A stretch of DNA of 40,732 nucleotides from an uncultured Anaerolineales bacterium. GTDB lineage: Bacteria; Chloroflexota; Anaerolineae; B4-G1; SLSP01. Under the pieces are notes generated by a model, which made no database searches, was not told the DNA's origin, and saw only the letters and a program-made list of their open reading frames with translations. This document shows positions 17,472 through 26,177 of this stretch, in pieces (positions within the stretch are counted from its first letter, which is position 1; every line of letters begins with the position of its first letter). Location of the stretch: assembly GCA_964452025.1 (NCBI GenBank), contig CAYVKR010000002.1:1-40732 (forward strand), written 5' to 3'. Made by a program: the position numbers and the translations under genes.

Positions 17472-18443
17472 TCAGTCCATGATTTCGGCTAACCGGAGCA
17501 GGTTCTTCGAAAGCGGCTTTAATTGGGCCACCGCCTCTTCGATAGGCACCAGCTGCACCTCCCCGTCGCGCAGCGCCACCATCTGACCGCTCTCGCCGGA
17601 GAGCAGCGCCTCTGCCGCCGCCGCACCCATTCGGGTACCCAGCGTGCGGTCAAAGACCGAAGGACGACCGCCGCGCTGCACGTGGCCCAGCACCGTCACG
17701 CGGACGTCGAAACCAAGATCGTCTTTCTGTGAGAGCAGGTACTCTTCCACCGCGCGCGTGCCCGGCTTCCAGCCTTCCGCGATGACCATGATGCAGTAAT
17801 CCTTACCCCGAACGTAGGCATCGACGACTTCCTGAGCGATTTTCTCTAGGGACGGGCCTTCCTGTTCGGGCACCAGGATAACCTCGGCGCCGCCCGCCAG
17901 ACCGCTCCGCAGCGCCAGATAGCCGCAGTCCCGACCCATCACCTCAATAAGGAAGGCACGCTGATGCGAAGCAGCAGTATCCTTGATGCGGTCAATGGCA
18001 TCCAGAATGGTGTTCAACGTGGTGTCGACACCCACAGCGATGTCCGTCTTGTCGACGTCGTTGTCGATGGAAGCCGGAATGCCGATGGTCGGAAATCCCA
18101 TCTCGTGTAGCGCTAGCGCGCCGGCCTGCGAGCCATTGCCGCCGGCCACGACCAATCCCTCGATGCCATGCTGGTTCATGTGGCGCAGCGCCTGACGGCG
18201 AACCTTGACATCCTTGAACTCCGGACAGCGAGCCGTCCCCAGAAAGGTGCCGCCTCGACCCAGAATGCCGCCAACGCTCCGGCTCTCCAGCTCGACAATG
18301 TCATTCCCCACCAGTCCTGAATATCCGCGCCGCACCCCAAAGACCTGAGCCCCTTTCTTGATCGCCGTGCGCGTCACCGCCCGGATACAGGCATTCAGCC
18401 CCGGCCCATCTCCACCACTGGTCAAAACCGCTATCCGATCCAT
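17472..18443 (-). CDS. pfkA: ATP-dependent 6-phosphofructokinase
   Basis: 323 aa with MDRIAVLTSGGDGPGLNA, GGNGS and GIPASIDNDV. The two nucleotide/PPi discriminator positions are Gly and a non-Lys residue. Confidence 0.88.
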   Translation of the reverse strand: MDRIAVLTSGGDGPGLNACIRAVTRTAIKKGAQVFGVRRGYSGLVGNDIVELESRSVGGILGRGGTFLGTARCPEFKDVKVRRQALRHMNQHGIEGLVVAGGNGSQAGALALHEMGFPTIGIPASIDNDVDKTDIAVGVDTTLNTILDAIDRIKDTAASHQRAFLIEVMGRDCGYLALRSGLAGGAEVILVPEQEGPSLEKIAQEVVDAYVRGKDYCIMVIAEGWKPGTRAVEEYLLSQKDDLGFDVRVTVLGHVQRGGRPSVFDRTLGTRMGAAAAEALLSGESGQMVALRDGEVQLVPIEEAVAQLKPLSKNLLRLAEIMD

Positions 18444-18474
18444 GCCAACCCCCTTTTCTGCAGAAGCTCTTGAT

Positions 18475-18507
18475 CAACAAAAGGGTGGTGGGGGATTCCC
18501 ACCACCC
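18475..18507 (-). terminator. Rho-independent terminator of the PPi-type PFK gene
   Basis: A 10-bp stem, GGGTGGTGGG-loop-CCCACCACCC (18483-18507), is followed on the minus strand by TTTTGTTG. It begins 10 nt after the stop at 18518. Confidence 0.8.
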
Positions 18508-18517
18508 AACATTCCCA

Positions 18518-19678
18518 TTAATAGAGGAACATGGGCATTCGGTGCACGTGCCGGATCTTCGGTCGATAGGTCTCGACGTCGTACAGCTGATCGACATCGA
18601 CCTTCTTGACGCCGAGAAGCGGCGCGTCCGCCACGACGCTGGAGTACTGTCCATCGCGCAAAGCCACCATACGTCCGAAGATGGCCTCGTTGACCAGATC
18701 CATCGCCATGTTGGCGTAGTTCTTGGCAACCATCAGGTCCAGGGAATCCGGCGACCCGGAGCGCATCAAGTACGCCAGCTGCTGGTACACCGTGTTGAAC
18801 CCGGTGTACGTCTTCAGCATGTCGCTGACTTCGCGTCCAACGCCGCCCAACTTGCGGTGCCCGTAGGCATCGGGCTCGCCCCATTGGGCGATATCTCCAC
18901 CGATGGGCTTAGCGCCCTCGGAGACGACCACAATCGAGTAATTACTGGGATTGTGCTCCTTATCTTTCACCAGCATGTTGGCCAGCCGCTCAGAATCGAA
19001 GGGCACCTCGCAAATCAGACATCGATCCACATCCGCCAGATAGGAGGCGACGAGCGAGGTCTCACCCGAATGGCGTCCAAAGAGCTCGATGACGCCGATG
19101 CGTTCATGGGAACCGATGGAGGTTCGCAGCTGGTGGATGAAACCGACGCTGCGGGTTATGGAGGTGGAGAAACCAATACAGTAGTCGGTGCCAAAGACGT
19201 CGTTGTCCATCGTCTTGGGGATGCTGACGACGGGGAAACCCTCGCGGTGAATGCGGGCACCATAGCCCAGCGTGTCCTCACCGCCAATGGGGATCAACAC
19301 GTCAATCTCCAATGACTCCAACGAGTTTAACACCGCATCGGTCAGATCCACGATCTCATCTTCGTCATGCTCCTTCAACAGATCCCCGCGCAGGTAATCA
19401 GGCGCGTAGGCGACCTTCATTTTGCTGGGATTTGTCCGGGACGTATGCAGAAACGTCCCACCCTCACGGTTGATGCGGCGGGTGTTCAGCCGATCCAACG
19501 GCATAAGCCACTTCTGTGATCCTTCTGGGTCATCAGGATTGTAGCTCAGCGGCCCCGCCCACCCACGACGGAAGCCGATAATCTCATGTCCATCTTCAAT
19601 AGCTCGATACGTCAACGCTTTGATGGCCGGGTTCAGGCCGGGCACATCGCCGCCACCAGTAAGTACAGCAATTCTCAT
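18518..19678 (-). CDS. pfp: Phosphofructokinase family A, PPi-dependent type (pyrophosphate--fructose-6-phosphate 1-phosphotransferase) predicted
   Basis: I set the start to the ATG at 19678 ([20 protein letters not shown]), with GGAGGAG upstream. GGEDT and IPKTMDND place Asp and Lys at the discriminator positions. Confidence 0.8.
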   Translation of the reverse strand: MRIAVLTGGGDVPGLNPAIKALTYRAIEDGHEIIGFRRGWAGPLSYNPDDPEGSQKWLMPLDRLNTRRINREGGTFLHTSRTNPSKMKVAYAPDYLRGDLLKEHDEDEIVDLTDAVLNSLESLEIDVLIPIGGEDTLGYGARIHREGFPVVSIPKTMDNDVFGTDYCIGFSTSITRSVGFIHQLRTSIGSHERIGVIELFGRHSGETSLVASYLADVDRCLICEVPFDSERLANMLVKDKEHNPSNYSIVVVSEGAKPIGGDIAQWGEPDAYGHRKLGGVGREVSDMLKTYTGFNTVYQQLAYLMRSGSPDSLDLMVAKNYANMAMDLVNEAIFGRMVALRDGQYSSVVADAPLLGVKKVDVDQLYDVETYRPKIRHVHRMPMFLY

Positions 19679-19812
19679 GTGCTCTCTCCTCCGTACGTAG
19701 AAATGTAGGTGATCAGTACAGGGCACAACCAGCGTCACTTTTGCACGTGTTCTTATCTTTTCAGGAAACTTATGAACCAAGCAAAAGCCACGTAGCATGC
19801 TACCAATCGCTT

Positions 19813-19840
19813 ATTGTACTAGATTCAAGCCAGCTGACAA
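19813..19840 (-). promoter_or_regulatory. Candidate promoter TTGTCA-N16-TACAAT for the PPi-PFK gene
   Basis: On the minus strand, TTGTCA is the complement of 19835-19840 and TACAAT is the complement of 19813-19818. This implies a ~130-nt leader. Confidence 0.45.
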
Positions 19841-19854
19841 ATGGACGTGTTTTC

Positions 19855-20012
19855 GGGTTTTCGAAGCAAGTCCGCTGGTGAAAACGCCCTCCGTACCGTA
19901 GAAACTGCGTAGGCGAAAGCAAAGCAAACGAAGCTGGGGTTGATGCGGGAGGGAAACATGATGGGAAGCCGCCTATGGCGTTTGAGCCCCCCTGGAACTG
20001 CTTCGTTTGCCC
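19855..20012 (+). repeat. R2 copy A (full length, ~158 nt)
   Basis: The core (19924-20010) is closed by GCAAACGAAGC / GCTTCGTTTGC. The invariant 52-nt string lies at 19936-19987. The 5' module spans 19855-19923. It is homologous to 31456-31546 and 35169-35328. Confidence 0.85.
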
Positions 20013-20153
20013 TCTTCCAGAAACCCGCCGTCCATCTCTGCGGACGAAAATCCAAACCCGAGTGTGTCGCTTTTGTCCCAATGCGTTATAATACAGGAGC
20101 GTGAATGCACATAAGCTATTCGAACGCTAAATGAAAGAGTATCGGATCCAATT

Positions 20154-21542
20154 ATGCCAAAACCATACGTTGCCATTGTAGGACGCCCCAACGTGGGCAA
20201 ATCGACGCTGTTCAACCGCATCATCGGCGAGCGCCGGGCCGTGGTCAGCGACATTCCGGGCACGACGCGGGACCGCATTATGGCGCCCGCCGAATGGGCG
20301 GGCCACGAGTTCATGGTGGTGGACACCGGCGGCATCGAGATTCTGCCCACGGCGGTGGAGGAAGGACGGCGCCCTCTGAAAACCGAGCCGCTGTTAGAGG
20401 ATTCAGCGGAGTTCATCCCCCTGATCCGGGCGCAAGCCAAGCAAGCCATCGCAGAAGCGGATCTCATCATCTTCCTGACGGACGCAGCGACCGGCCTCAC
20501 CGGCGCGGATCGGGAGGTCGCCGAGCTGTTGCGCCGCACCGAGAAGCCCGTCCTGCTGGTCGCCAACAAGGCCGACAACGAGCGACGCGCCCAGGAAGCG
20601 CTGGAGTTCTACGAGCTGGGCCTAGGCGAGGTGCACCCTATCTCGGCGATCCACGGTCGACGGGTGGCGGATCTGCTGGACACCGTGGTGGAGCAGCTGC
20701 CGCGCAGGGAACCGGAGCCGGAGGACGAAGAAACGGTGCGTATCGCCATCCTGGGGCGACCCAACGTGGGGAAGTCCTCGCTCCTGAACCGGCTACTGGG
20801 CCAGGAGCGGGCCATCGTCAGCCCGGTGGCCGGCACCACGCGCGACGCGGTCGACACCGAGCTCCAGTGGGGAGACGAAGAGATCATCCTCATCGACACC
20901 GCCGGGTTACGCCGCCGGGGAAAGATCGAGCCTGGCGTGGAGAAATACAGCACCTTGCGCACGCTCAAGGCCGCCGAGCGCGCCGACGTGGCGCTGCTGC
21001 TCATCGACGCGACGGAGGGGATCACGGCCCAGGACGTGCACATCGCCGGCCTCATCGCCAACCAGGGCGTGAGCATCGTCGTGCTGGTCAACAAATGGGA
21101 CGCAGCGCGACCGGAGTTCAAGGAAAGCGGCATCGAGTTCGAGGCCCACGTCCGGTACGAGCTGAAGTTCATGCGCTACATCCCGGTGCTCTTTATCTCC
21201 GCGCTGACAGGGCGCCGAGTGCAAGACGTCATCCCGGCGGCGTTGGACGTCGCCGACGCGCGGTACACGCGCATCAAGACCGGGCCGCTCAACGACGTCA
21301 TCCGCGAGGCGATGTTAGAGCACGCACCGCCCAGCAAGCGCGGTCGCCGCATGAAGCTCTACTACGTGAGCCAACCAGAGGTGGCGCCGCCGACGTTTGT
21401 CTTCTTCGTCAACGACCCAGCACTGCTCCACTTCTCCTACAGGCGGTATCTGGAAAACGTGATTCGCGAGCAGCTCTTCGCCTTTCCGGGCACGCCGCTG
21501 CGCCTGATCTTCAAAGGCCACGAGAAGAAAAAATCGCGGTGA
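20154..21542 (+). CDS. der: Ribosome-associated GTPase Der (EngA)
   Basis: 462 aa with two tandem GTPase domains (GRPNVGKSTLFN/DTGG/NKAD and GRPNVGKSSLLN/DTAG/NKWD) and a C-terminal KH-like domain. Confidence 0.93.
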   Translation: MPKPYVAIVGRPNVGKSTLFNRIIGERRAVVSDIPGTTRDRIMAPAEWAGHEFMVVDTGGIEILPTAVEEGRRPLKTEPLLEDSAEFIPLIRAQAKQAIAEADLIIFLTDAATGLTGADREVAELLRRTEKPVLLVANKADNERRAQEALEFYELGLGEVHPISAIHGRRVADLLDTVVEQLPRREPEPEDEETVRIAILGRPNVGKSSLLNRLLGQERAIVSPVAGTTRDAVDTELQWGDEEIILIDTAGLRRRGKIEPGVEKYSTLRTLKAAERADVALLLIDATEGITAQDVHIAGLIANQGVSIVVLVNKWDAARPEFKESGIEFEAHVRYELKFMRYIPVLFISALTGRRVQDVIPAALDVADARYTRIKTGPLNDVIREAMLEHAPPSKRGRRMKLYYVSQPEVAPPTFVFFVNDPALLHFSYRRYLENVIREQLFAFPGTPLRLIFKGHEKKKSR

Positions 21543-21592
21543 CACACGCTGCACTCCGCGCCCGGGGGGCAGCATTCCGGGAGGGCCAAGGG

Positions 21593-22288
21593 TCAGGCAT
21601 CCTCCAGCGCGTAGCGCAGCGCGGCCTCGGCGTGAATAGTGGTCGTGTCGAAGAGCGGCACGTCCACATCCTCGACCTTGACGAGCAGTGGGATCTCGGT
21701 GCAGCCCAAGATCACGCCCTGCGCGCCGCGTTCCGCCAGCCGCTCGATGATCTCCACAAAGCGACGCTGTGATGCTGCATGCAGCTCACCGGCGACCAGC
21801 TCCTCGTAGATCACCCGGTCAACGACAGCACGATCTTCAGGCGACGGCGTCAGCACCTCGATATCCCGGCGCCCCAGCGCCTCCGGGTAGAATGCCGCCT
21901 CCATGGTGAAGCGGGTACCCAGCAAGCCGACGGTCTCCAGCCCCTCGGCGGCGATGGCATCGCCCACCGCATCCAACAGACTGAGCATGGGAATGTCTAC
22001 GTTCGCCTGCACCTCAGCGAAGACCTTGTGCATCGTGTTGGTGGCGATGAGCGCGAACTCCGCCCCGGCAGCCTCAAGACGACGCGCAACGCGGCTCAGC
22101 CCCTGCGCAACCAGATCCCAGCGCCCGGCCTCGGGCCAATCGACGTACGGTTGAAAGCTGACGCTATAGATGATGATCTCAGGATAGCCGTAATCGCCAA
22201 AACGCTGCGTGTAGGCGCGGGTGATGTATTCGTAGTAGGCCGTCGTGGATTCGGGGCTCATCCCGCCAAGAATGCCGATGGTCTTCAT
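21593..22288 (-). CDS. Asp/Glu/hydantoin racemase family protein (aspartate racemase / YgeA-like)
   Basis: 231 aa with GILGGMSPEST and ILGCTEIPLL motifs. The first catalytic-Cys position reads Thr (IATNTMH). Confidence 0.82.
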   Translation of the reverse strand: MKTIGILGGMSPESTTAYYEYITRAYTQRFGDYGYPEIIIYSVSFQPYVDWPEAGRWDLVAQGLSRVARRLEAAGAEFALIATNTMHKVFAEVQANVDIPMLSLLDAVGDAIAAEGLETVGLLGTRFTMEAAFYPEALGRRDIEVLTPSPEDRAVVDRVIYEELVAGELHAASQRRFVEIIERLAERGAQGVILGCTEIPLLVKVEDVDVPLFDTTTIHAEAALRYALEDA

Positions 22289-22302
22289 CTTTACCCTCTT
22301 CG

Positions 22303-22330
22303 GTCATAAGTCATGAGTCATAAGTGAAGG
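22303..22330. repeat. Tandem heptanucleotide repeat GTCATRA
   Basis: GTCATAA GTCATGA GTCATAA GTGAAGG in the racemase/nitroreductase spacer. A related heptamer run lies at 39486-39530. Confidence 0.7.
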
Positions 22331-22372
22331 GTCAGCAGATATGACGTTCCAACGTTCAAGCAAATCGTCACA

Positions 22373-23254
22373 TCACAACGCCGAAAGCGATAGGCTGGCG
22401 ACAGGTTCCAGCGTCTCCGGGTGCGGTGGCACGTCAGCGCTCGAAGTGTCCAGTAGCTGCCACGGCGTCGACACACTCATCGCCCGTAACGTCAAGGCCA
22501 TATTGGCCATGCAGATCCCGGCGTCGAAGAAACGATAGTTCTGTTTGGTACCCTTGCCGTATTTTGGATTTTCCTTCTTGATAAATAGATAAAGTTGCTT
22601 ACGACGCAGTAAGAACCGACACGGTTGAACGTTGAGCGCTGACGGCGCCCGGCGCCCCACTTCGAGCAGGGGCTGGAGGCGCTTGGGCGGCTCTTGACTG
22701 CGCCGGAAATGGTTCTGGAAGAAAAGTTCATCGAGCGGTTTGCGCGTGTGCGATCCCATGGCCCGCCGCATGGCCGTGTTGATGGCACGTCCGGGCAGCG
22801 CTTTCGCCGGATACCCAAAGATCACCACCGCGCCAACGCGAGCCTGACGGCGCAGCACAAAGCGCGCCCGGAGTGTCGTCTCGCGGCCCAGACTGCCGAT
22901 ATAACAACAGCCGATATCATTGCTCGCCATCTTCACGATCAACTGGTGCGTCCGATACGCTAGGTCTGTCAACAAACGCGTTTTGCCGACGATGTAGGGA
23001 ACCATAAAATGTGGTGGGCTCAGCACGCGTCCATACGCTCCCAGCGCTGCCACCAAATCGTCGCCTGTCACGACATCGCGAACCAACAACGTGAACCGAT
23101 TCTGCGGGACCAGGGCTTCAACTTCCCCAGTTTCGGCCTGAATTTGATCCAGTATCCGTTCCGAAAGCGGTCGCTGATCATACCACCGCACAGAGCGCCA
23201 GTTCATCATCGCCTGATACATAGCATTGTGCTTCAAATTCGTCGCGTTTTGCAT
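22373..23254 (-). CDS. Nitroreductase-family protein (atypical, long)
   Basis: 293 aa. WRSVRWYDQRPL lies near the N-terminus and RAPSALNVQPCRF near residue 205. GAGAGG lies upstream of the ATG. Confidence 0.6.
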   Translation of the reverse strand: MQNATNLKHNAMYQAMMNWRSVRWYDQRPLSERILDQIQAETGEVEALVPQNRFTLLVRDVVTGDDLVAALGAYGRVLSPPHFMVPYIVGKTRLLTDLAYRTHQLIVKMASNDIGCCYIGSLGRETTLRARFVLRRQARVGAVVIFGYPAKALPGRAINTAMRRAMGSHTRKPLDELFFQNHFRRSQEPPKRLQPLLEVGRRAPSALNVQPCRFLLRRKQLYLFIKKENPKYGKGTKQNYRFFDAGICMANMALTLRAMSVSTPWQLLDTSSADVPPHPETLEPVASLSLSAL

Positions 23255-23302
23255 GCTTATGACCTCTCTATCTCTCTATCATCCTCTGGCTGCTGGCACT
23301 CG

Positions 23303-24247
23303 TCACTCCAGAGAGACGGACGTCCGGGCCGTCTCCAACCAGCGAAGCGCCTCCGCTTCATCTTTACGCATCTGCGCGGTACTTACCGCCGTGGACGCGG
23401 GCCGAGCAGACGAATGCAAGCGCTCAAATAAGTTCAACGTGAGCGTCCCTGGGGACAGGGTATGCGTCTCACTCAGCGGGTAGACGTCAATCTGCCGCGC
23501 GTCGACCTCCACGGCTGCGCCCTCTCCAATGTAGGCCACGGCAGCGCCCACCTGCTTCTCCTGTTGAACCTGGCAGACGTAGGCGCCGGGGGCCGGGAGC
23601 AAGCGCGCCACCGGCACGCGAACCTCGACCAACGGCCGGCCGGCAGCGCCATTATCTGGCGCTGCCGGCCTGCTGACCGCTCCCGTCAGCCGGTAAGGAT
23701 GGCCCAGCAGCGCGGTCGCCAGTTCCACGTCGCCGGCCTGCAGCAGATCACGGATGCGCGTGCTGCGCACCGCCATCCCCTGCCAGTAGAAGTTCGACAT
23801 CGTGTGCACCGCGAACCCTCGTGCTTTCCCCATCTTCCGTAGCGCGTCAGCATCGCCGCCCCGACCACGGCCTAACGCGAAGTCGGGGCCGATCCAGAGA
23901 TGGACCATGTTGAGGTGGCGCAACATCAACGTGATGAAGTCGTAGGCCGAGGTATCCGCCAACGCCTGATCAAAAGTGAGCACAACAACGCCGTCGACGC
24001 CCAGGCGCTCCAGGTAAGCCACGCGTTCCTCGACCGAGGTGAGCAGCACGCCATGCGGTTGGGCGAAGAACTGCAGGGGCAGCGGATCGAAGGTCACCAC
24101 GACGGCGCGCATCTCAGCCTCACGCGCGTGCTCGGTCAGATCGCTGATCAGGGCTTGATGACCCCGGTGCACGCCGTCGAAGGCGCCCACGGTCACGGAG
24201 CTGGGGCCGGCAAGAGAGAGCAACGTGATCTCGTCCGTGATCCACAC
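23303..24247 (-). CDS. ribF: Bifunctional riboflavin kinase / FMN adenylyltransferase
   Basis: It has the VTVGAFDGVHRGHQALI nucleotidyltransferase motif and a C-terminal riboflavin-kinase-like half. I set the start to the GTG at 24247. TAGGAG, which overlaps the truB stop, gives an AGGAG 9 nt upstream. The ATG at 24328 would overlap truB by 70 nt. Confidence 0.85.
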   Translation of the reverse strand: MWITDEITLLSLAGPSSVTVGAFDGVHRGHQALISDLTEHAREAEMRAVVVTFDPLPLQFFAQPHGVLLTSVEERVAYLERLGVDGVVVLTFDQALADTSAYDFITLMLRHLNMVHLWIGPDFALGRGRGGDADALRKMGKARGFAVHTMSNFYWQGMAVRSTRIRDLLQAGDVELATALLGHPYRLTGAVSRPAAPDNGAAGRPLVEVRVPVARLLPAPGAYVCQVQQEKQVGAAVAYIGEGAAVEVDARQIDVYPLSETHTLSPGTLTLNLFERLHSSARPASTAVSTAQMRKDEAEALRWLETARTSVSLE

Positions 24248-24258
24248 AGCCGTAGCTC

Positions 24259-25185
24259 CTACGCCCGCGCCCGCTGCTCGGACGGCGCCGGGGGATCGCC
24301 CGCCGCCAGCACAAGCGTGGGCCGCCACTGTTGTGGCGTGCGGGGGACAAGCACACCGATCAACCGTCCGTCCGGATCATGGGCCGGCAGATAGTCAACG
24401 GCGGGCGGATCGTCCAGCGTGATCGTCCGCCCGTGGCGTACGTACGCGACCTGCTCGGCGGTCAATTTTACGCCGGGCTTATCGGCAAAGGCAGCTTTGG
24501 GCGGCAGAAGCGCTTGGCCCAACTGTCCTCGTTCCGCCAGCGCCTGCAACTCCTGCGGCGTGACGCTGGCTTCCAGCCGGAACGGCCCCGACGCGGTACG
24601 CACCAATGAACGCAGATGCGCGCCACAGCCCAGCGCTTCGCCCAGATCGTACGCCAGGCTGCGGATGTATGTCCCCGCAGAGCAGGCCACCTCCAGTGTT
24701 ATCTCCGGCGGCTCCCATACAGTCAGCGCCAGGCGATGGATCGTGATATGACGCGGCGGGCGTTCCACCGTCTTGCCCTGACGCGCCAGCTCATAGAGCG
24801 GTTTGCCATCTCTCTTGAGCGCCGAGTACATGGGCGGCACCTGTTCGATCTCACCCCGGAACGCCGCCAGCGCCGCCTCGACGTCGGCGCGGCTCACATT
24901 CACCGGACGGCGCTCTGTGGCCTCGCTTTCGGCGTCATAGGTTGGTGTGCTCTCGCCCAAACGGAGGGTGGCGCGATAGGTTTTATCGGACCCAAAAAGA
25001 AAACGTGCCAGGCGCGTGGCCCGGCGCCCCACCAGCACCACCAACACGCCAGAGGCCAACGGATCGAGGGTGCCAGTGTGCCCTACCTTTCGGACGCCGG
25101 TCAGCTTGCGAACGCACTGGACGACGTCGTGGGACGTCCTGCCCACCGGCTTGTTGACGTTGAAGATGCCGACCCTGGCCGCCAT
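24259..25185 (-). CDS. truB: tRNA pseudouridine(55) synthase
   Basis: It has GHTGTLDPLASGVLVV with the catalytic Asp. I set the start to the ATG at 25185 (MAARVGIFNVNKPVG), 8 nt after the nrnA stop. Confidence 0.9.
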   Translation of the reverse strand: MAARVGIFNVNKPVGRTSHDVVQCVRKLTGVRKVGHTGTLDPLASGVLVVLVGRRATRLARFLFGSDKTYRATLRLGESTPTYDAESEATERRPVNVSRADVEAALAAFRGEIEQVPPMYSALKRDGKPLYELARQGKTVERPPRHITIHRLALTVWEPPEITLEVACSAGTYIRSLAYDLGEALGCGAHLRSLVRTASGPFRLEASVTPQELQALAERGQLGQALLPPKAAFADKPGVKLTAEQVAYVRHGRTITLDDPPAVDYLPAHDPDGRLIGVLVPRTPQQWRPTLVLAAGDPPAPSEQRARA

Positions 25186-25193
25186 GGAGGATG

Positions 25194-26174
25194 CTAAGAC
25201 GTGCCGTGCAGTTCCCGGCGCACCAACGGCAGCACCTCGGCGGCGGCGGCCTCTAGCGGCCCTTCCACCGAGCAACCAGCCGCCAGGCGATGCCCGCCTC
25301 CATCCAGCGATTTGGCGATGCCGGCGACGTTATGCCCCGGTCGCGCCCGCAGACTCACTTTCACGGTGCCGTCGTGCATCTCCAGGAACGTGGCGATGAT
25401 CTCCGCTTCCGCCACCTGGCTGACCAGATTGCCCAGATCAAGATCATCGTGATCCTCGATGCCCAGCGCCTGTTTCTCCGCCAGCGGGAAGGTCGTCCAG
25501 GCCATGCTGTCTTCCAACTGCAGACGGCTGAGCGCCACACCCCAACCGCGCATCTGCCGGTAGGGAACCGCGTCCAGCGTCTTCTGCACGATGGTGAGAT
25601 AGTCGCCACCGGCGTCGATCAGGCGCGCCACCGTCGCGAGCACCTCCGGCGTGGTAGATTCGGTGCGCAGGCCCCGCGTATCGGTGAGAAGGCCCAGAAG
25701 CAGAGCCGTGGCAATATCGTCTTCGACTTTCACCCCTAACCCCTCGATCACAGCCATAAGGGGCTGAACCGTCGCCGCTGCGTCCGGTGTCGCAATATTC
25801 ACGTCTCCAAAACCATCGTTGGTCTCGTGATGATCAATGACCAGCAAGGGCAGGGTGTCGCGCCAGGCCTCATGGTAAAGCCCGCCGGTTCGGTCAAGAT
25901 CGCTCATGTCGATAGCGACGACCAGATCAATATCGGCATCGGCAGGCACCTCTTGTACGAAGGTATCTGCACCCGACAAATAGTGCATGGTTTCCGGGAT
26001 GGGATGCACACAGGCCAGCAGGGGCCTCTTGCCCAGCTGTTGCAGGGCATAACTTAACGCCAGCGCACAGCCAACGGTGTCGCCGTCTGGTCGAGGATGG
26101 CTGATGAGCAATGGACGGCGGCTCGCTTCTAGCAGCGCGACCGCCTCTTTCAACAAGTTCGCGTCGATCTTCAT
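25194..26174 (-). CDS. nrnA: DHH-family phosphoesterase (NrnA-type oligoribonuclease / pAp phosphatase)
   Basis: 326 aa with the DHH/DHHA1 motifs HPRPDGDT, IDHHETN and GGGHRLAAG. Confidence 0.85.
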   Translation of the reverse strand: MKIDANLLKEAVALLEASRRPLLISHPRPDGDTVGCALALSYALQQLGKRPLLACVHPIPETMHYLSGADTFVQEVPADADIDLVVAIDMSDLDRTGGLYHEAWRDTLPLLVIDHHETNDGFGDVNIATPDAAATVQPLMAVIEGLGVKVEDDIATALLLGLLTDTRGLRTESTTPEVLATVARLIDAGGDYLTIVQKTLDAVPYRQMRGWGVALSRLQLEDSMAWTTFPLAEKQALGIEDHDDLDLGNLVSQVAEAEIIATFLEMHDGTVKVSLRARPGHNVAGIAKSLDGGGHRLAAGCSVEGPLEAAAAEVLPLVRRELHGTS

Positions 26175-26177
26175 GGG

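Noticed and set aside
19800-20081. Small minus-strand ORFs running through the R2 copies (19800..20081, 19825..20055, 35080..35337, and the tail of 31439..32128), including a shared KRHRRLPIMFPSRINP.FVC.AFAYAVST string.
   Set aside because: Two different minus frames are open through the same repeat. The six A-versus-C nucleotide differences in the shared frame all change amino acids. The starts lie in unrelated flanking DNA and there is no SD. Openness is better explained by GC content than by coding. I would revisit this only if ribosome profiling shows translation.
20105-20134. Nine-codon upstream ORF (MHISYSNAK) with AGGAG 5 nt upstream, in the der leader.
   Set aside because: It would begin only ~13 nt after the putative -10 (TATAAT at 20087-20092), so the SD would sit at or before the transcript 5' end. 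No conservation evidence is available from a single sequence.
20294-21772. 492-aa + strand ORF overlapping der in another frame.
   Set aside because: Its extreme Arg/Gly/Ala/Pro composition is the signature of an off-frame reading of a GC-rich gene. The der frame carries two complete GTPase motif sets.
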